A stretch of 64,000 nucleotides of DNA from Pirellulales bacterium (GCA_036490175.1 DASXEJ010000343.1:18365-82364), one strand, 5' to 3'; counted from the stretch's first letter, positions 7,301 through 17,651 are shown. The notes: a model not told the origin generated them from the letters alone. A program made the numbers and translations.

Positions 7301-8713
7301 CTATCGGCTCGCGGCGTCCCCCTCGGTGACGGACAGTTGCCAGCCTGTGCTCGTTGCTCGGAATTCATACGTTCCTGATCGCAGGGAGAGTTCCACATCA
7401 TCGAAGTCGCCGCCTGGATGGAACTTGACCCGCCATTCACGACCGGCCGGCAGATGCTGGGAATGTCCCGGCGCCATTGAGAACACATAGCCGTTCACCA
7501 GGTAGCGGATGGCACCCGGGCTTTCCGGCGGGTTGACCAACAGTAGCTCGGTAGCGACCTCGGCATCTGTGGCAGTGTCGCTGGCGACTTGTGTGCCAAG
7601 CGCGCCTTCCTGGTTTACAGGCTCGTTCAAGGTCTGTGCTACTGCTTCTCTGGTGTCGCGGTCAGAGTCCATCGCGTCCGTGGTCGCCGTTTCGGCCGTT
7701 TGCGCGTCGCTCGGGACTTCCGACGTCGACGCGCCGTCCAGATTATTCGCTGCGTCTTCGCTGTATGCCGCCGCGCTGAGTTGAATAAGGGTTTCGGCCG
7801 GTTCGTGAGCGTATTCCGGGTCCGTTGCCAGTCTTGTTTCGACAACCGATTTGATGATTGCGGTGAGCGTAACCGGTCTCTCATCCGAGGGCGGAGCTGT
7901 TCCGCCAAACAACTGCGCTATGGCCTGCCTGGCTGTATCCGAGGTCGGAGCTACCGAGTTGCCGATCGATCCTTCGGGAGATTCGCTGTGACGGGCCAAT
8001 TGGCCGGCCAGTACTTGCAGTGAGTTTAGTCCAGCCGACCCTTCGTTCTGAGGTTCGGTCGCAGACAATGTGGCGTCTGCCTGGGTGTCGTCCGTAGTGG
8101 CCGAGAGGCGCTGAACGCCGTCTGAACCCAATGCGGCGAAAACGCGTACGACCACGTCCCGTGACGAGTTCGCGAGCACCTTCGGTTCGGCAGCTTCTGT
8201 TTCTGTCGGCGCTGACACGACGTTGCCGTACTGCTGGTCGGCATCAGCCACGTCTACCGTAGTGGACAAGTCGTCGGCAGATTCAGCAGTGTCCGACGCT
8301 AATCCGCTTTCGCGAATACGCACGATCGAAGCCTCGACGACATTCTCAATCACCACGATCTGAGGTGGATTTGTCGCCGCCAGAATCAGGGCGTCATCCA
8401 TATTCGTCGCGTTGGCCGAGTGCGTCATGGTAGCAACTGGCGCGATATCGGCAGCGATCGTCTTCGGCTGCGGAGCCTGCTCAGCCGTTTGAGAGGCAGT
8501 GTTCTGCGCCATCGGGGCTTCTGTGGCTTCGACTGCCAAGGCTATCGGGGCAGGCGCCGGTTCACTCCGCAGATATGACCCAACGAGTTGCCCGCCGCGC
8601 ACGGCAATGAACAAAGCCGCGGCAACGATCAACACCATGTAGAGCTGCCGTTTCATCTTCGCCGACCCCAACTGATCTGTGGAGCGCGGCAAGAACTTGG
8701 ATGTGTAGTTCAT
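7301..8713 (-). CDS. Membrane-anchored hypothetical protein with a long acidic Ala/Thr/Glu/Asp-rich low-complexity region
   Basis: ATG 8713 (MNYTSKF..) with GAGG upstream. A single TM/signal anchor (LYMVLIVAAALFIAV), about 330 aa of acidic low complexity, then a compact C-terminal module (..IRYLVNGYVFSMAPGHSQHLPAGREWRVKFHPGGDFDDVELSLRSGTYEFRATSTGWQL..). Confidence 0.6.
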   Translation of the reverse strand: MNYTSKFLPRSTDQLGSAKMKRQLYMVLIVAAALFIAVRGGQLVGSYLRSEPAPAPIALAVEATEAPMAQNTASQTAEQAPQPKTIAADIAPVATMTHSANATNMDDALILAATNPPQIVVIENVVEASIVRIRESGLASDTAESADDLSTTVDVADADQQYGNVVSAPTETEAAEPKVLANSSRDVVVRVFAALGSDGVQRLSATTDDTQADATLSATEPQNEGSAGLNSLQVLAGQLARHSESPEGSIGNSVAPTSDTARQAIAQLFGGTAPPSDERPVTLTAIIKSVVETRLATDPEYAHEPAETLIQLSAAAYSEDAANNLDGASTSEVPSDAQTAETATTDAMDSDRDTREAVAQTLNEPVNQEGALGTQVASDTATDAEVATELLLVNPPESPGAIRYLVNGYVFSMAPGHSQHLPAGREWRVKFHPGGDFDDVELSLRSGTYEFRATSTGWQLSVTEGDAASR

Positions 8714-9044
8714 GGTGTTAGCCTCGCGCATGGGGGGGTCGGCAATGATCAGGGAAAGGGGCGCAGCGTCAAAGACGAGGCACCACCTATTGAAAACATA
8801 GGCCGCAGCCGTCCGAAACGCCGGCCCGAAACCCGCTCGTCAATGCCACGCCTGGACTTCGCCGGACAGGCCGAGCGATGGAAAGGGAGCGGCACGTAAC
8901 GATTACAGGAGACGTAGCGATGAGATGGGGCGAGCTTCCCCAAGAACGCTGGGCACATGCTCCGCGCCGCCCGAGCGCCTTTGCGCGTCAATTTCCCCGC
9001 ACCGCTCGAATCGCGGACAACCGGCGATTGCGTGGCATACCGAA

Positions 9045-12000
9045 CTAGCGATTGAACAAGAACGCCGGGCTATTGATCAACGCCCACGCAAGGTCCTGAG
9101 CTCCCTGGAGCCGGTATTGGGCGTGGGCCTGCCGCGCAGCTTCAAGCGTGGCACTTAGCCGCATCCATTCCGTATCCTGCGTCCGGTAATAGGCACTTAG
9201 CGCCGCTTGCTGCTCAGCCGTGCGGGTCGTCGGCGCCGTCGCCAGGATGGCAACGATTTCGCCTGGCATCGTGTCCATTTTGACAGGTCGCTTGGCCGTG
9301 GTCGCCGAGATTCGGAACCGCCCCAAGGTATGCTGACCGCCGTAGGGTTGATCGAGGACGATGGACAATACGCTGCCACCCGCGATGCCGACATCCTCGC
9401 CGGTCGCGAAGATGGCCGCATGTGGTTTGCCAAACTGCGGCATGACGGCCCAGCCGGAATTTGGCTCGGCATCAATCGCGCCGGCCGCGGCATAACCCTC
9501 TTGAGCGAAGTCGGCTTCGCCCCCTTGCAACGCCACGGCGCGCCCGGCGGCCAGGTCGCCCTGTGGTGCGATGGATACGCGGACGCTACCTAAAACGAAA
9601 TTCCCGTTGGGCGAGCGACCGGGTCCGCTGGCGGGCAAGCTGGCGTCTGGCAACGCTTCGATGCGGAGCGCCGTAATGCCGGCCAGTTTCGTCCCGGCCA
9701 GGATCGTGTATTGGTCGGTATTCGGATTCGTCCCGGTCGCGGCAATCGCGCCGTCCGCCTGCTGGACGAGCGTTGCGCCGCCAGCCGAGTTGGCCGTCAG
9801 AACGTCGAGCGTTGTCCAGGTGACGATCTGTTGTTGGGTCTCCCACTCGGCCTGGCGCGCCGGCAACTGCTCGCGCTCGAACACCACCTGTTTGGCCTGC
9901 AATGTTTCGTACTCGTCCTTCGCAGCGTTAATGGCAGCGATACCGGCGGCCGACTCCTCGGCCTTCGGGAAACGATCCAAAATCGAGACAAAAAGCTCTT
10001 CTACCAGCTTGGAATCGTCCGGCTGGGCGCTGACCAACGACGTGATACGGTTCTGCGGATCCGCGATCGCTTCGGCAATCGTCGGTCCATTAACCAGGTT
10101 CAACGCCTGCCCCAACATAACACCGGTCGAACGCTCGCACTCGCAAGCGCTCTCACGTGGCGGGCGACCGAACAGATTCAAAAAACCATCGGCCAGCTCT
10201 ACGCCGCTGTCAGGCAACTGAGCAGCCAAGAATCCCTCGGGCACTCCCGGCAGGCGCGGCCGCGAGCCGGTAGCGACGTGAACAGCGTCAAAGAGCGTTT
10301 CCGCTGGCAGTCGGCGCGCCAGTGCGTGCGAAAAATTGATCTCGTCGTCCTGATTCCACTGGTTGGTAGTCAACGATTGTTGATAAACGCGCGACTTACA
10401 GATTTCACGGAACAACTCGCGAACGTTAAAGCCGCTGCCGATGAAATCCGACGTCAGCCGGTCGAGCAATTCCGAGTTTGAAGGCGGATTACCAGCGCGA
10501 ATGTCGTCAATGGGCTCGATGATGCCCATGCCCAGCAAATAGCTCCAAATCCGATTGACGTAGCTCTTGGCGAAATAGGGATTGTCTTGTGACGTGATCC
10601 AGCGGGCGAGCTGCAGGCGGCGCGCAGGCGCCGCTTGCGCGGCTTCAGCGCCGGGATAGGTGTAAGGGAACGAAGGGGGAGTTACCTTGCCTGTTCGCTC
10701 GTGCGTCACTTCGCCCGTTCCTTGATCGTAGACGACCTCAACTAGCGGCAGGGCTTGCTCGACAGCAGTGCCGGCCAAGGTGCGGCCGGCAAATTCGGGC
10801 GAGGCTTTTCGTCCCACGTGCGCAAAATACGCGGCCAGGCTGTAGTACTGGTCCTGGGTCCAGCGCTCGAACGGATGGTCGTGACACTTGTTGCAATTAA
10901 ATCGCACGGCAAGAAACAACTGTGTCGTGTTCTCCATGGCGTCGACAGGCGCGCGGAGAACCTTGTAGTACGAGGCGGGTGGGTTCGCCAGCGTCGACCC
11001 TGACGCGGTCAGCACGCTGTACACGAACTTGTCGTACGGCATGTTGTCCGACAGTGCCTGGCGGATCCAATTACGGAACGCCCAAGCTCCCTCTTCGCCG
11101 AGGAATTTGCGATTCACCTGCAACAGGTCGGCCCACTTGTTGGTCCAGTGGTCGACGAATTCCGGGCAGCCGATCAAGCGATCGATCGTCTCGTCGCGTT
11201 TTATCCTGGTATCACGTGTGTCGACCAGAAACGCGCGTACCACCTCGGGCTGGGGCGGTACGCCGACCAGGTCCAGATAGACGCGTCGTAAGAATTCCGC
11301 GTCACTGCACAAATCACTGGGCTGCACCTTGATCTTCTTGAGCTTGTTGTAAACGAGCGTGTCGAGGTGCGTGTTGGCCGGCGGGTCTTGCCAGGCGAAG
11401 CCGCTGCGATCTCCCATCACGATCACGGTCGTGGCGGCGTAGGCTCCTTCGTATCGTGCCAGCAGCGATGATTCGCCGCGTCGCGTGCCAGTGGCAAGGC
11501 CTTGCTTGTCGACTTCGACCGAGTCGGTGACGCTGCTTTCTAGAAACGCCTCCGCCGTGACGTCGCGCACGGTGCCGTCCGCGTACGTGGCTGTGACGAT
11601 CACTTGCTGCTTCATGCCGGGCAATGGGATCTGGGGACTTTGCGGTAGGACCTCGATCTTGGTCACACGTGGTGTGTCGAGATCGAGTTTTACGCCGTCC
11701 GCGATCCAGGCGCGCAGCAGTTCGTAGTATGGCTCGCCACGATGCGTCACAACGCCGCCCATGTGGGGCACGCCCCCGGCGGGCTTGAGTAACATCAAGC
11801 TTTGGTCCGGAGCGGCGCGATTGAAGCGGCGACCGGCCAGATCGTCGGTCAGCGCACGATGGTCGAAGAGTGGGTCGTAGCCGCGCAGCGACAGTTTGAA
11901 GCCGTTCTTGCCATTGGCCGCGCCGTGACAAGTGCCCGCATTGCAACCCATCTTGGACATGATGGGATTCACGTCGCGAATGTAACTCACGGGTTCGTTG

Positions 12001-12410
12001 TGTTTTTGACCGGTGACCGTGACGGGAATCGACAGCATCTGGCCCGCCAGCGAGACTTGCAATGCGGACTGACCGTCGGCCATGGGTCGCACGATGCGAT
12101 GATCGTTCAGCTTGACGATTCCGGCGGGCTCCTCGATCGCGACCATGCGCGTGACATCGACCCGTTCGCCGCTGGCCAGTACTCCGGTTACCAGCAACTG
12201 GGCGTAGGTATACTGATTCGCGAGCGAGATACTGGTGGGTATCGCTTCCAGCGCGACCAACTGCGCACCGTCCGGCAGTTTTTCTGCCGCAGCAACAGAA
12301 GAAGCTGTCGCGTCGGGTGCGGCCTGCGCCATGCCGACGACGAGCAATACGGCAACTCCGACACAGGCACACCGGCCAGCGATTTGCGGCATGGTCCGAT
12401 TATTGAACAT
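9045..12410 (-). CDS. PSD1-type protein (Ig-like Big_2 domains + DUF1549 + DUF1553)
   Basis: ATG 12410 behind GGAGAGGAAG, then a signal peptide. Motifs CNAGTCHGAANGKNGFKLSLRGYD, FLRRVYLDLVGVPP (DUF1549) and FNCNKCHDHPFERWTQDQYY (DUF1553). Classic Planctomycetota family. Confidence 0.9.
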   Translation of the reverse strand: MFNNRTMPQIAGRCACVGVAVLLVVGMAQAAPDATASSVAAAEKLPDGAQLVALEAIPTSISLANQYTYAQLLVTGVLASGERVDVTRMVAIEEPAGIVKLNDHRIVRPMADGQSALQVSLAGQMLSIPVTVTGQKHNEPVSYIRDVNPIMSKMGCNAGTCHGAANGKNGFKLSLRGYDPLFDHRALTDDLAGRRFNRAAPDQSLMLLKPAGGVPHMGGVVTHRGEPYYELLRAWIADGVKLDLDTPRVTKIEVLPQSPQIPLPGMKQQVIVTATYADGTVRDVTAEAFLESSVTDSVEVDKQGLATGTRRGESSLLARYEGAYAATTVIVMGDRSGFAWQDPPANTHLDTLVYNKLKKIKVQPSDLCSDAEFLRRVYLDLVGVPPQPEVVRAFLVDTRDTRIKRDETIDRLIGCPEFVDHWTNKWADLLQVNRKFLGEEGAWAFRNWIRQALSDNMPYDKFVYSVLTASGSTLANPPASYYKVLRAPVDAMENTTQLFLAVRFNCNKCHDHPFERWTQDQYYSLAAYFAHVGRKASPEFAGRTLAGTAVEQALPLVEVVYDQGTGEVTHERTGKVTPPSFPYTYPGAEAAQAAPARRLQLARWITSQDNPYFAKSYVNRIWSYLLGMGIIEPIDDIRAGNPPSNSELLDRLTSDFIGSGFNVRELFREICKSRVYQQSLTTNQWNQDDEINFSHALARRLPAETLFDAVHVATGSRPRLPGVPEGFLAAQLPDSGVELADGFLNLFGRPPRESACECERSTGVMLGQALNLVNGPTIAEAIADPQNRITSLVSAQPDDSKLVEELFVSILDRFPKAEESAAGIAAINAAKDEYETLQAKQVVFEREQLPARQAEWETQQQIVTWTTLDVLTANSAGGATLVQQADGAIAATGTNPNTDQYTILAGTKLAGITALRIEALPDASLPASGPGRSPNGNFVLGSVRVSIAPQGDLAAGRAVALQGGEADFAQEGYAAAGAIDAEPNSGWAVMPQFGKPHAAIFATGEDVGIAGGSVLSIVLDQPYGGQHTLGRFRISATTAKRPVKMDTMPGEIVAILATAPTTRTAEQQAALSAYYRTQDTEWMRLSATLEAARQAHAQYRLQGAQDLAWALINSPAFLFNR

Positions 12411-12461
12411 GTTGAAACTTCCTCTCCGCGTATCGTGGAAATCGGTATCGAGGTTCGCGTC

Positions 12462-13904
12462 CTAGCGAGTGGCCTGCTGCGCGGTGGCAGCGACCGCGAG
12501 CGGAACTGGCAGGAACTCACGCTGTAACTTGCCGGAATCGGGATCATATACTCGCACCATGCCGTCGAAGCCGCCGACAGCCACTTCTTTGCCTCCCGGT
12601 CGAAAGGCCACGGTGTAGATAGCGCCATGCTCGTAGGCGAATCGCGATACGAGCTTGGCGTCGGCTTCCTGGTAGACGCGGACTTCGCCTTGGCCGTCCT
12701 GCGAACTGCCGGCCACGATCCGCGATCCATCAGCGCTATACCGCACCGAGAAAATGCGGCCTGGCATCGGTTCAAACGCACGGATCAGATTGAAGTCGTC
12801 GCCGATCTGGCGCGCTTTAGTGCGGTGCATTTGATAAATCTTGGGAGTGCCGTCCGCGCCTCCCACCAATAGCTCATCCTTCTGTGGGTTACGATCCACC
12901 GTGATCAGGCCCCCTTTGAGGGCACCGGGCGTGATGCTGGTGATATTGTCGACGAAACGTTCAGTGGCCACTTCGTTGAGCTTCATCGAGCGGTCGCGGC
13001 TGACGCTGATCAAGTGCGAGCCATCGACGGAGAATACTGTGTCGAGCACCCAATCGTTATGCGCGCCCTGAAAGAATATTTGCTTGCCGGTCGCAGCGTC
13101 GATAGCGCGGCAAGTATTATCGGCACAGCCGAATGCCACTTTTGTTCCATCGGCACACCAACTGGCGCCATAGATGGTGTCATACGTGACGAGCGCCGAC
13201 TGCTTGAGTTCGCGCGTCGCAACGTCCCAAATCTGCACTTCGCCGAAACGACCCGGGGAGCCCCCGGTCACAGCCAGACGCGTTCCATCGGGAGAGAATC
13301 GCGCCGATTCAATACGTTCGGACAGTCCTATGAGACGGCCAGCCAGGCCACTGCCGTCGGCACTATGGAGCAGCACTTCGTGGTAGCCCGAGACAGCTAT
13401 CAGCGATCCATCGGGCGAGTAATCGAGCGAGGTTAAAACCGGTGTCGCCGTATAAACCGGTGGGTGATCGCGATCGACCGCAATTTCGGCTGCCTCGGGC
13501 GTATCGTCCGCGGCCCCCTCGGCAATCCAACGCTTGATGAGCTCGACCTGATCCGGCTTGAGAGGCGCCGCTCCCTTGGGCATGGCCGGCGGCTTATCGC
13601 CTTGAGGAAGAATCTGAGAGAGCAACTCGCTTTCTTCCGGCTTGCCGGCCACGACGCCAGGTGCGCCGCTTTCCCCGCCTTTTTTGATCCTTTCGTAGCT
13701 GGTCATCACCAGGCCGCCAAGTTGCTTGGCCGGCTGATGACACCCCTGGCAACGATCCTGCAGCAGCGGGCGAATATCGCGATAGAAGCTGACACTGACG
13801 GTGGGCTTCGCGTCAGCGGGCTTGGCATCGTCAGCCGTGGCACCTGAGGCGCCGACCGAAAGACCAATACCAACGATGAGGACGATCAGGCGCGAGAATC
13901 TCAT
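12462..13904 (-). CDS. c-type cytochrome domain (PSCyt1, CxxCH) + WD40 beta-propeller protein
   Basis: ATG 13904 (MRFSRLIVLIVGIGLSVGASGATA) with GAGG 6 nt upstream. CQGCHQPAKQLGGLVMTSYERIKKGG, followed by WD40-like repeats. Stop lies 51 nt upstream of the PSD1 gene start, suggesting an operon. Confidence 0.85.
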   Translation of the reverse strand: MRFSRLIVLIVGIGLSVGASGATADDAKPADAKPTVSVSFYRDIRPLLQDRCQGCHQPAKQLGGLVMTSYERIKKGGESGAPGVVAGKPEESELLSQILPQGDKPPAMPKGAAPLKPDQVELIKRWIAEGAADDTPEAAEIAVDRDHPPVYTATPVLTSLDYSPDGSLIAVSGYHEVLLHSADGSGLAGRLIGLSERIESARFSPDGTRLAVTGGSPGRFGEVQIWDVATRELKQSALVTYDTIYGASWCADGTKVAFGCADNTCRAIDAATGKQIFFQGAHNDWVLDTVFSVDGSHLISVSRDRSMKLNEVATERFVDNITSITPGALKGGLITVDRNPQKDELLVGGADGTPKIYQMHRTKARQIGDDFNLIRAFEPMPGRIFSVRYSADGSRIVAGSSQDGQGEVRVYQEADAKLVSRFAYEHGAIYTVAFRPGGKEVAVGGFDGMVRVYDPDSGKLQREFLPVPLAVAATAQQATR

Positions 13905-14188
13905 CCGCGACCTCGGGGTGATTTTTCGTCGACGGCGGGCGTTAGCTACGGTTCGTTCAAAGGGGCGCCCATGGTTCGGCAATCGGTAGCTTGCCGTGGC
14001 GGGAATCGTGGCTACCAGCGGCAGCAACGACCACATGGAGCCTCCTCGCACCAAAGTTCAGCACGAGGCCCCCCTCGTCCGGTTCAATATAGACGGGCGA
14101 GGATTGGTGAAGCAAATAGATTGCAAAAACACGGCTTCCGCGCGACCCCCCCCGTGTCGAAGCCCGAAACGGCCCTTCCCGGCTTTGC

Positions 14189-14692
14189 CTAGGTTCCGCC
14201 GATCGTCGCCGTGCCAGTCAGAACGGTAGTGGCTGCGGGGGCAACCGAAACGGCCACTGTATCGTCGATCCACAGTTTTCGCTGTGCGCCGCGCACCGCA
14301 AAGTACAGTGCCAGCCCCACCGGCCCAGCCACCAATGTTAACAGCAGGCAGGGGACCACTAGAAAATGCGGGACGCCCAGCCGGCGGGCGTCGCGGACCT
14401 CCCAGCTGCCGATGAATAAATCGAAAGCCAGGTAATGGATCCAGCCGGCCAACAGCAGGCGGTCGCTCTTAAACAGCTCGCGCACCCCCGCCAGGCTGTT
14501 GAAATCTCCCTCGACCTGCCCAAGGCCGGTTGCCATTAAGTAGGCATAGAAGAGCGCCAGAACAAGTGGGATGAGAACCGGCGCAATCAATTGCGTCGAC
14601 CAGCGCCACCATGGTGCAACGATAAGCAGCAGCCAGCCGGGCAGCGCCAGACCGCTTGCTAAGCTGAATATCGATTCGAGGTCCATGCGCAT
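14189..14692 (-). CDS. ABA4-like / DUF4281 integral membrane protein
   Basis: Polytopic 167-aa ORF with ..LPGWLLLIVAPWW..LLLAGWIHYLAFDLFIGSWEVRDARRLGVPH.., as I recall for DUF4281. Confidence 0.75.
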   Translation of the reverse strand: MRMDLESIFSLASGLALPGWLLLIVAPWWRWSTQLIAPVLIPLVLALFYAYLMATGLGQVEGDFNSLAGVRELFKSDRLLLAGWIHYLAFDLFIGSWEVRDARRLGVPHFLVVPCLLLTLVAGPVGLALYFAVRGAQRKLWIDDTVAVSVAPAATTVLTGTATIGGT

Positions 14693-14771
14693 TCGACCTT
14701 GCAGAACGAGGTAGCTTGATGCCGCCGCCGACGGACTCGCTGACCAGCCAGGCCCAGTCTATCATCGGAGC

Positions 14772-16313
14772 ATGATCGAGAATACGAGTTTCGCGCCTCC
14801 GGCGTCATTCCTCAAGTCGCCCTCGATTGCACACTTAGCCATCGCGATGGCTTGCGTATGGTGGGCATTGCCGTGCAGTGTGCTGCAGGCGGCCGGTCGC
14901 CCCAACGTGCTGTGGATCTGTGCGGATGACCATGCCGCGTACGTCTGCGGTGCCGACGGGAATCAGCAGGTGCGCACGCCGCGGCTCGATAATCTGGCCA
15001 CCGCCGGGATGCGGTTCAGCCGCGCGTATTGCAACGCGCCAGTCTGCACGGCCTCGCGGCAGTCCTTTCTCACCGGCCGGTATCCGCACAGTGTCGGCGT
15101 GACATTACTGAAGACGCCGCTTGCCGAGAGTGAAACGACGCTGGCCGAGATGCTGAACGAGGCCAGTTACCGCACGACCGCCATCGGCAAGATGCACTTC
15201 AACAGTCCGCTCAAACACGGATTCGATCACTTGATCGATTTGCCGGACCACAAAAGGACGATCGCCACCCGGCAGCCAGAACCATTGCCTGCTGGGATTG
15301 ACGTATTACCTGAGTGGAGGCCCTTTCGAGATCCAGCGCGTATCTGGCTGAATGGCTTCTGCCGACCCTATGGCGCGACGGACGCTGACATGGCGGGGAC
15401 GTTTTTTGCCGCCGAGGCAGGGCGACAGCTGTGCGCCGCAGGCGACGAGCCTTTTCTGCTGATGGTTAGTTTCTACGAGCCGCACTCTCCTTTTCATTTT
15501 CCCATCGAGTTCCGCGGTCGGCACGATCCAGCACAGTTCGCAGTGCCGGAATTGTGCCCAGACGACGAAGGACAGATTCCCGCTTGCTTTCGTGGTTTGT
15601 CGCGCGAAGAAAAACAGGGAATCATCGCGGCTTATTACACGTCCGTCGAGTTTCTCGATAAGAATGTCGGCCGCGTGCTCGATGAATTGGCCAAATCAGG
15701 CCATGCCGACGATACGCTGGTGATCTACACCGGAGATCACGGCTATATGCTCGGCCAACATGGTCGCTTCGAGAAACATTGCTGCTTCGAGCCGGCGGTG
15801 CGTGCCCCCTTGGTCATGCGACTGCCAGGCCGTGTGCGCGCCGGCATCACGTCGCCGGCGCTGGTCGAGTTAATCGATATCGTGCCGACCGTTCTCGAGC
15901 TATGCGGCGTGTCGGTGCCCAAGGCCGTACAAGGTCGCTCACTGGTGAAGGTACTCGATGGCGGAACCGAGGTTCATCGCGACTGTGTGTTTGTGGAATA
16001 TGCCGAGAATGAAGAAGCCATGATTCGCACCGACCACTGGAAACTGATCTATTCCACAGGACGACGCGAGCGGCAAGACGGTTACACCACCGGACGGCCA
16101 TTGCCTGGGAAGACCGTGTTGCTATTCGATGTCGAGGCCGATCCTGACGAAACCACGAACCTTGCGGCGCGACCAGAGCATGCCGCGCTCGTCGACGAAC
16201 TAACAACGCGCCTGGCGGATCATATGCGCGGCATCATGCGTGGCCCTGACGAAATCCCCGCGGGTGCAACAGCCGACCAGATTCTTGAGAAATGCCTACC
16301 GCCGACCGAGTAA
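14772..16313 (+). CDS. Sulfatase (formylglycine-dependent arylsulfatase family)
   Basis: Signal peptide, then RPNVLWICADD and the sulfatase signature CTASRQSFLTGRYPH. GDHGYMLGQHG further on. Start could also be ATG 14847. Confidence 0.9.
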   Translation: MIENTSFAPPASFLKSPSIAHLAIAMACVWWALPCSVLQAAGRPNVLWICADDHAAYVCGADGNQQVRTPRLDNLATAGMRFSRAYCNAPVCTASRQSFLTGRYPHSVGVTLLKTPLAESETTLAEMLNEASYRTTAIGKMHFNSPLKHGFDHLIDLPDHKRTIATRQPEPLPAGIDVLPEWRPFRDPARIWLNGFCRPYGATDADMAGTFFAAEAGRQLCAAGDEPFLLMVSFYEPHSPFHFPIEFRGRHDPAQFAVPELCPDDEGQIPACFRGLSREEKQGIIAAYYTSVEFLDKNVGRVLDELAKSGHADDTLVIYTGDHGYMLGQHGRFEKHCCFEPAVRAPLVMRLPGRVRAGITSPALVELIDIVPTVLELCGVSVPKAVQGRSLVKVLDGGTEVHRDCVFVEYAENEEAMIRTDHWKLIYSTGRRERQDGYTTGRPLPGKTVLLFDVEADPDETTNLAARPEHAALVDELTTRLADHMRGIMRGPDEIPAGATADQILEKCLPPTE

Positions 16314-16477
16314 GTCGCAAAGACCGGCGAGCGTTGGCAGACTGGTGGCCCTGGAAGCCCTCCACACTTCTTTAATAGAGTGTGGCCGTGGCATTTGCGA
16401 ACGGCATATGTGCCGGTTAGCATGCCCGCTTCCTGTAGCACAGTACTTTGTTAATTCCTTGGAACACGCCCCGCCTC

Positions 16478-17503
16478 ATGGATTCCAGCCCCATCGTTTC
16501 TACGGTCGATTTCGACCGCCCGGGCAAGCAGCACGGCCATTTGTGCGTGCCCTATTCATACAACCTGGCGGGCTGGGCGAATCTGTTGATTCCATGCACC
16601 GCGATTGGCAATGGTACGGGACGCACCGCTTTGGTGATGGCCGGCAATCATGGCGACGAATATCCAGGCCAGGTCGCCATCATGCGGTTGTTGCGAGAAC
16701 TCGATCCTGCTCAGGTTCAGGGCAGGCTGATTTTGATTCCGGCGCTGAACGTGCCAGCAGCCAAGGCTGCGACGCGACTTTCTCCGCTGGATGGCAGGAA
16801 CATGAATCGGGCATTTCCCGGGCGCGCCGATGGGACCGTCACCGAGATCATCGCGCATTACCTGACGACGGTGCTCTTTCCGCTGGCCGATATTGTCATT
16901 GACCTGCACACCGGCGGCCGCAGCATGGACTTTTATCCCTGTGCGCACATGCATCTCGTGCCGGATCGCGCGCAGCGGCAAGAAATGATCGCCGGTACAA
17001 CCGCCTTCAACACCGACTTTTCGTTTTTATACGCCGATATCGCCGGTTCTGGATTGTTGCCGGTGGAAGCCGAACGGCAGGGCAAGATCGTCATCACGAC
17101 CGAGATGGGCGGAAGCGAGAATGTGACCGCCGCCGTCCACCGGACTACCCAAAACGGCTTGAAAAATGTGCTGACCCACTTTGGGCTGTTGGCCGGCCGG
17201 CCCGAATCGCGCGAGCAGCGCGGCCTGCCGCCGACGCGGTGGGTTCAAGCACTGGAGCGCGAAGATTACCGCTTTGCGCCGGAATCGGGTATCTACGAGA
17301 ATGTGGCGGATCTGGGCCAGGATGTCGCCGCAGGCGAGCTCGTGGGACAGATCCATTTTCTTGAACGTCCCGAGCGCGATCCTGTTCCGATTTTCGCCCC
17401 CACGGCCGGAGTGCTTTTGGGCACGCGCGCGCCGTCGATGGTTGCGCAGGGAGACTGCGTGGCTTGTATCGCGCACGACGTGGAACTAGGGGCGATTGCA
17501 TAA
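16478..17503 (+). CDS. Succinylglutamate desuccinylase/aspartoacylase (AstE/AspA) family zinc hydrolase, DoeB-like
   Basis: ATG 16478 (MDSSPIVSTVDFDRPGKQHGHLCVPYS). Zn-binding H-x-x-E context MAGNHGDEYPGQVA. DLHTGG motif. The track start at 16448 is TTG. Confidence 0.85.
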   Translation: MDSSPIVSTVDFDRPGKQHGHLCVPYSYNLAGWANLLIPCTAIGNGTGRTALVMAGNHGDEYPGQVAIMRLLRELDPAQVQGRLILIPALNVPAAKAATRLSPLDGRNMNRAFPGRADGTVTEIIAHYLTTVLFPLADIVIDLHTGGRSMDFYPCAHMHLVPDRAQRQEMIAGTTAFNTDFSFLYADIAGSGLLPVEAERQGKIVITTEMGGSENVTAAVHRTTQNGLKNVLTHFGLLAGRPESREQRGLPPTRWVQALEREDYRFAPESGIYENVADLGQDVAAGELVGQIHFLERPERDPVPIFAPTAGVLLGTRAPSMVAQGDCVACIAHDVELGAIA

Positions 17504-17531
17504 CGCGCAACAGTGGCCGCGAATGGTGTCA

Positions 17532-17560
17532 CGGGATATGCTCATACTTGTCGGGATATG
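17532..17560. repeat. Direct repeat CGGGATATG x2 with 20-nt period in the leader of the STAS gene
   Basis: CGGGATATG occurs at 17532-17540 and 17552-17560, about 95 nt upstream of the STAS ORF. Confidence 0.5.
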
Positions 17561-17651
17561 GGCAGCGGCTTAGACTGCAGGCCCTTGGGCCCCCGCGGAT
17601 CGCGTACCAGACGGGGCAAGTTTCGATTTAGGAGTTTCGACGCGACGAGAG

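Noticed and set aside
11314-12372. 352-aa extremely Arg-rich ORF on the same strand as the PSD1 gene in another frame
   Set aside because: It is an alternative-frame artefact. The composition (about one third Arg) is not protein-like, and the PSD1 frame carries all conserved motifs.
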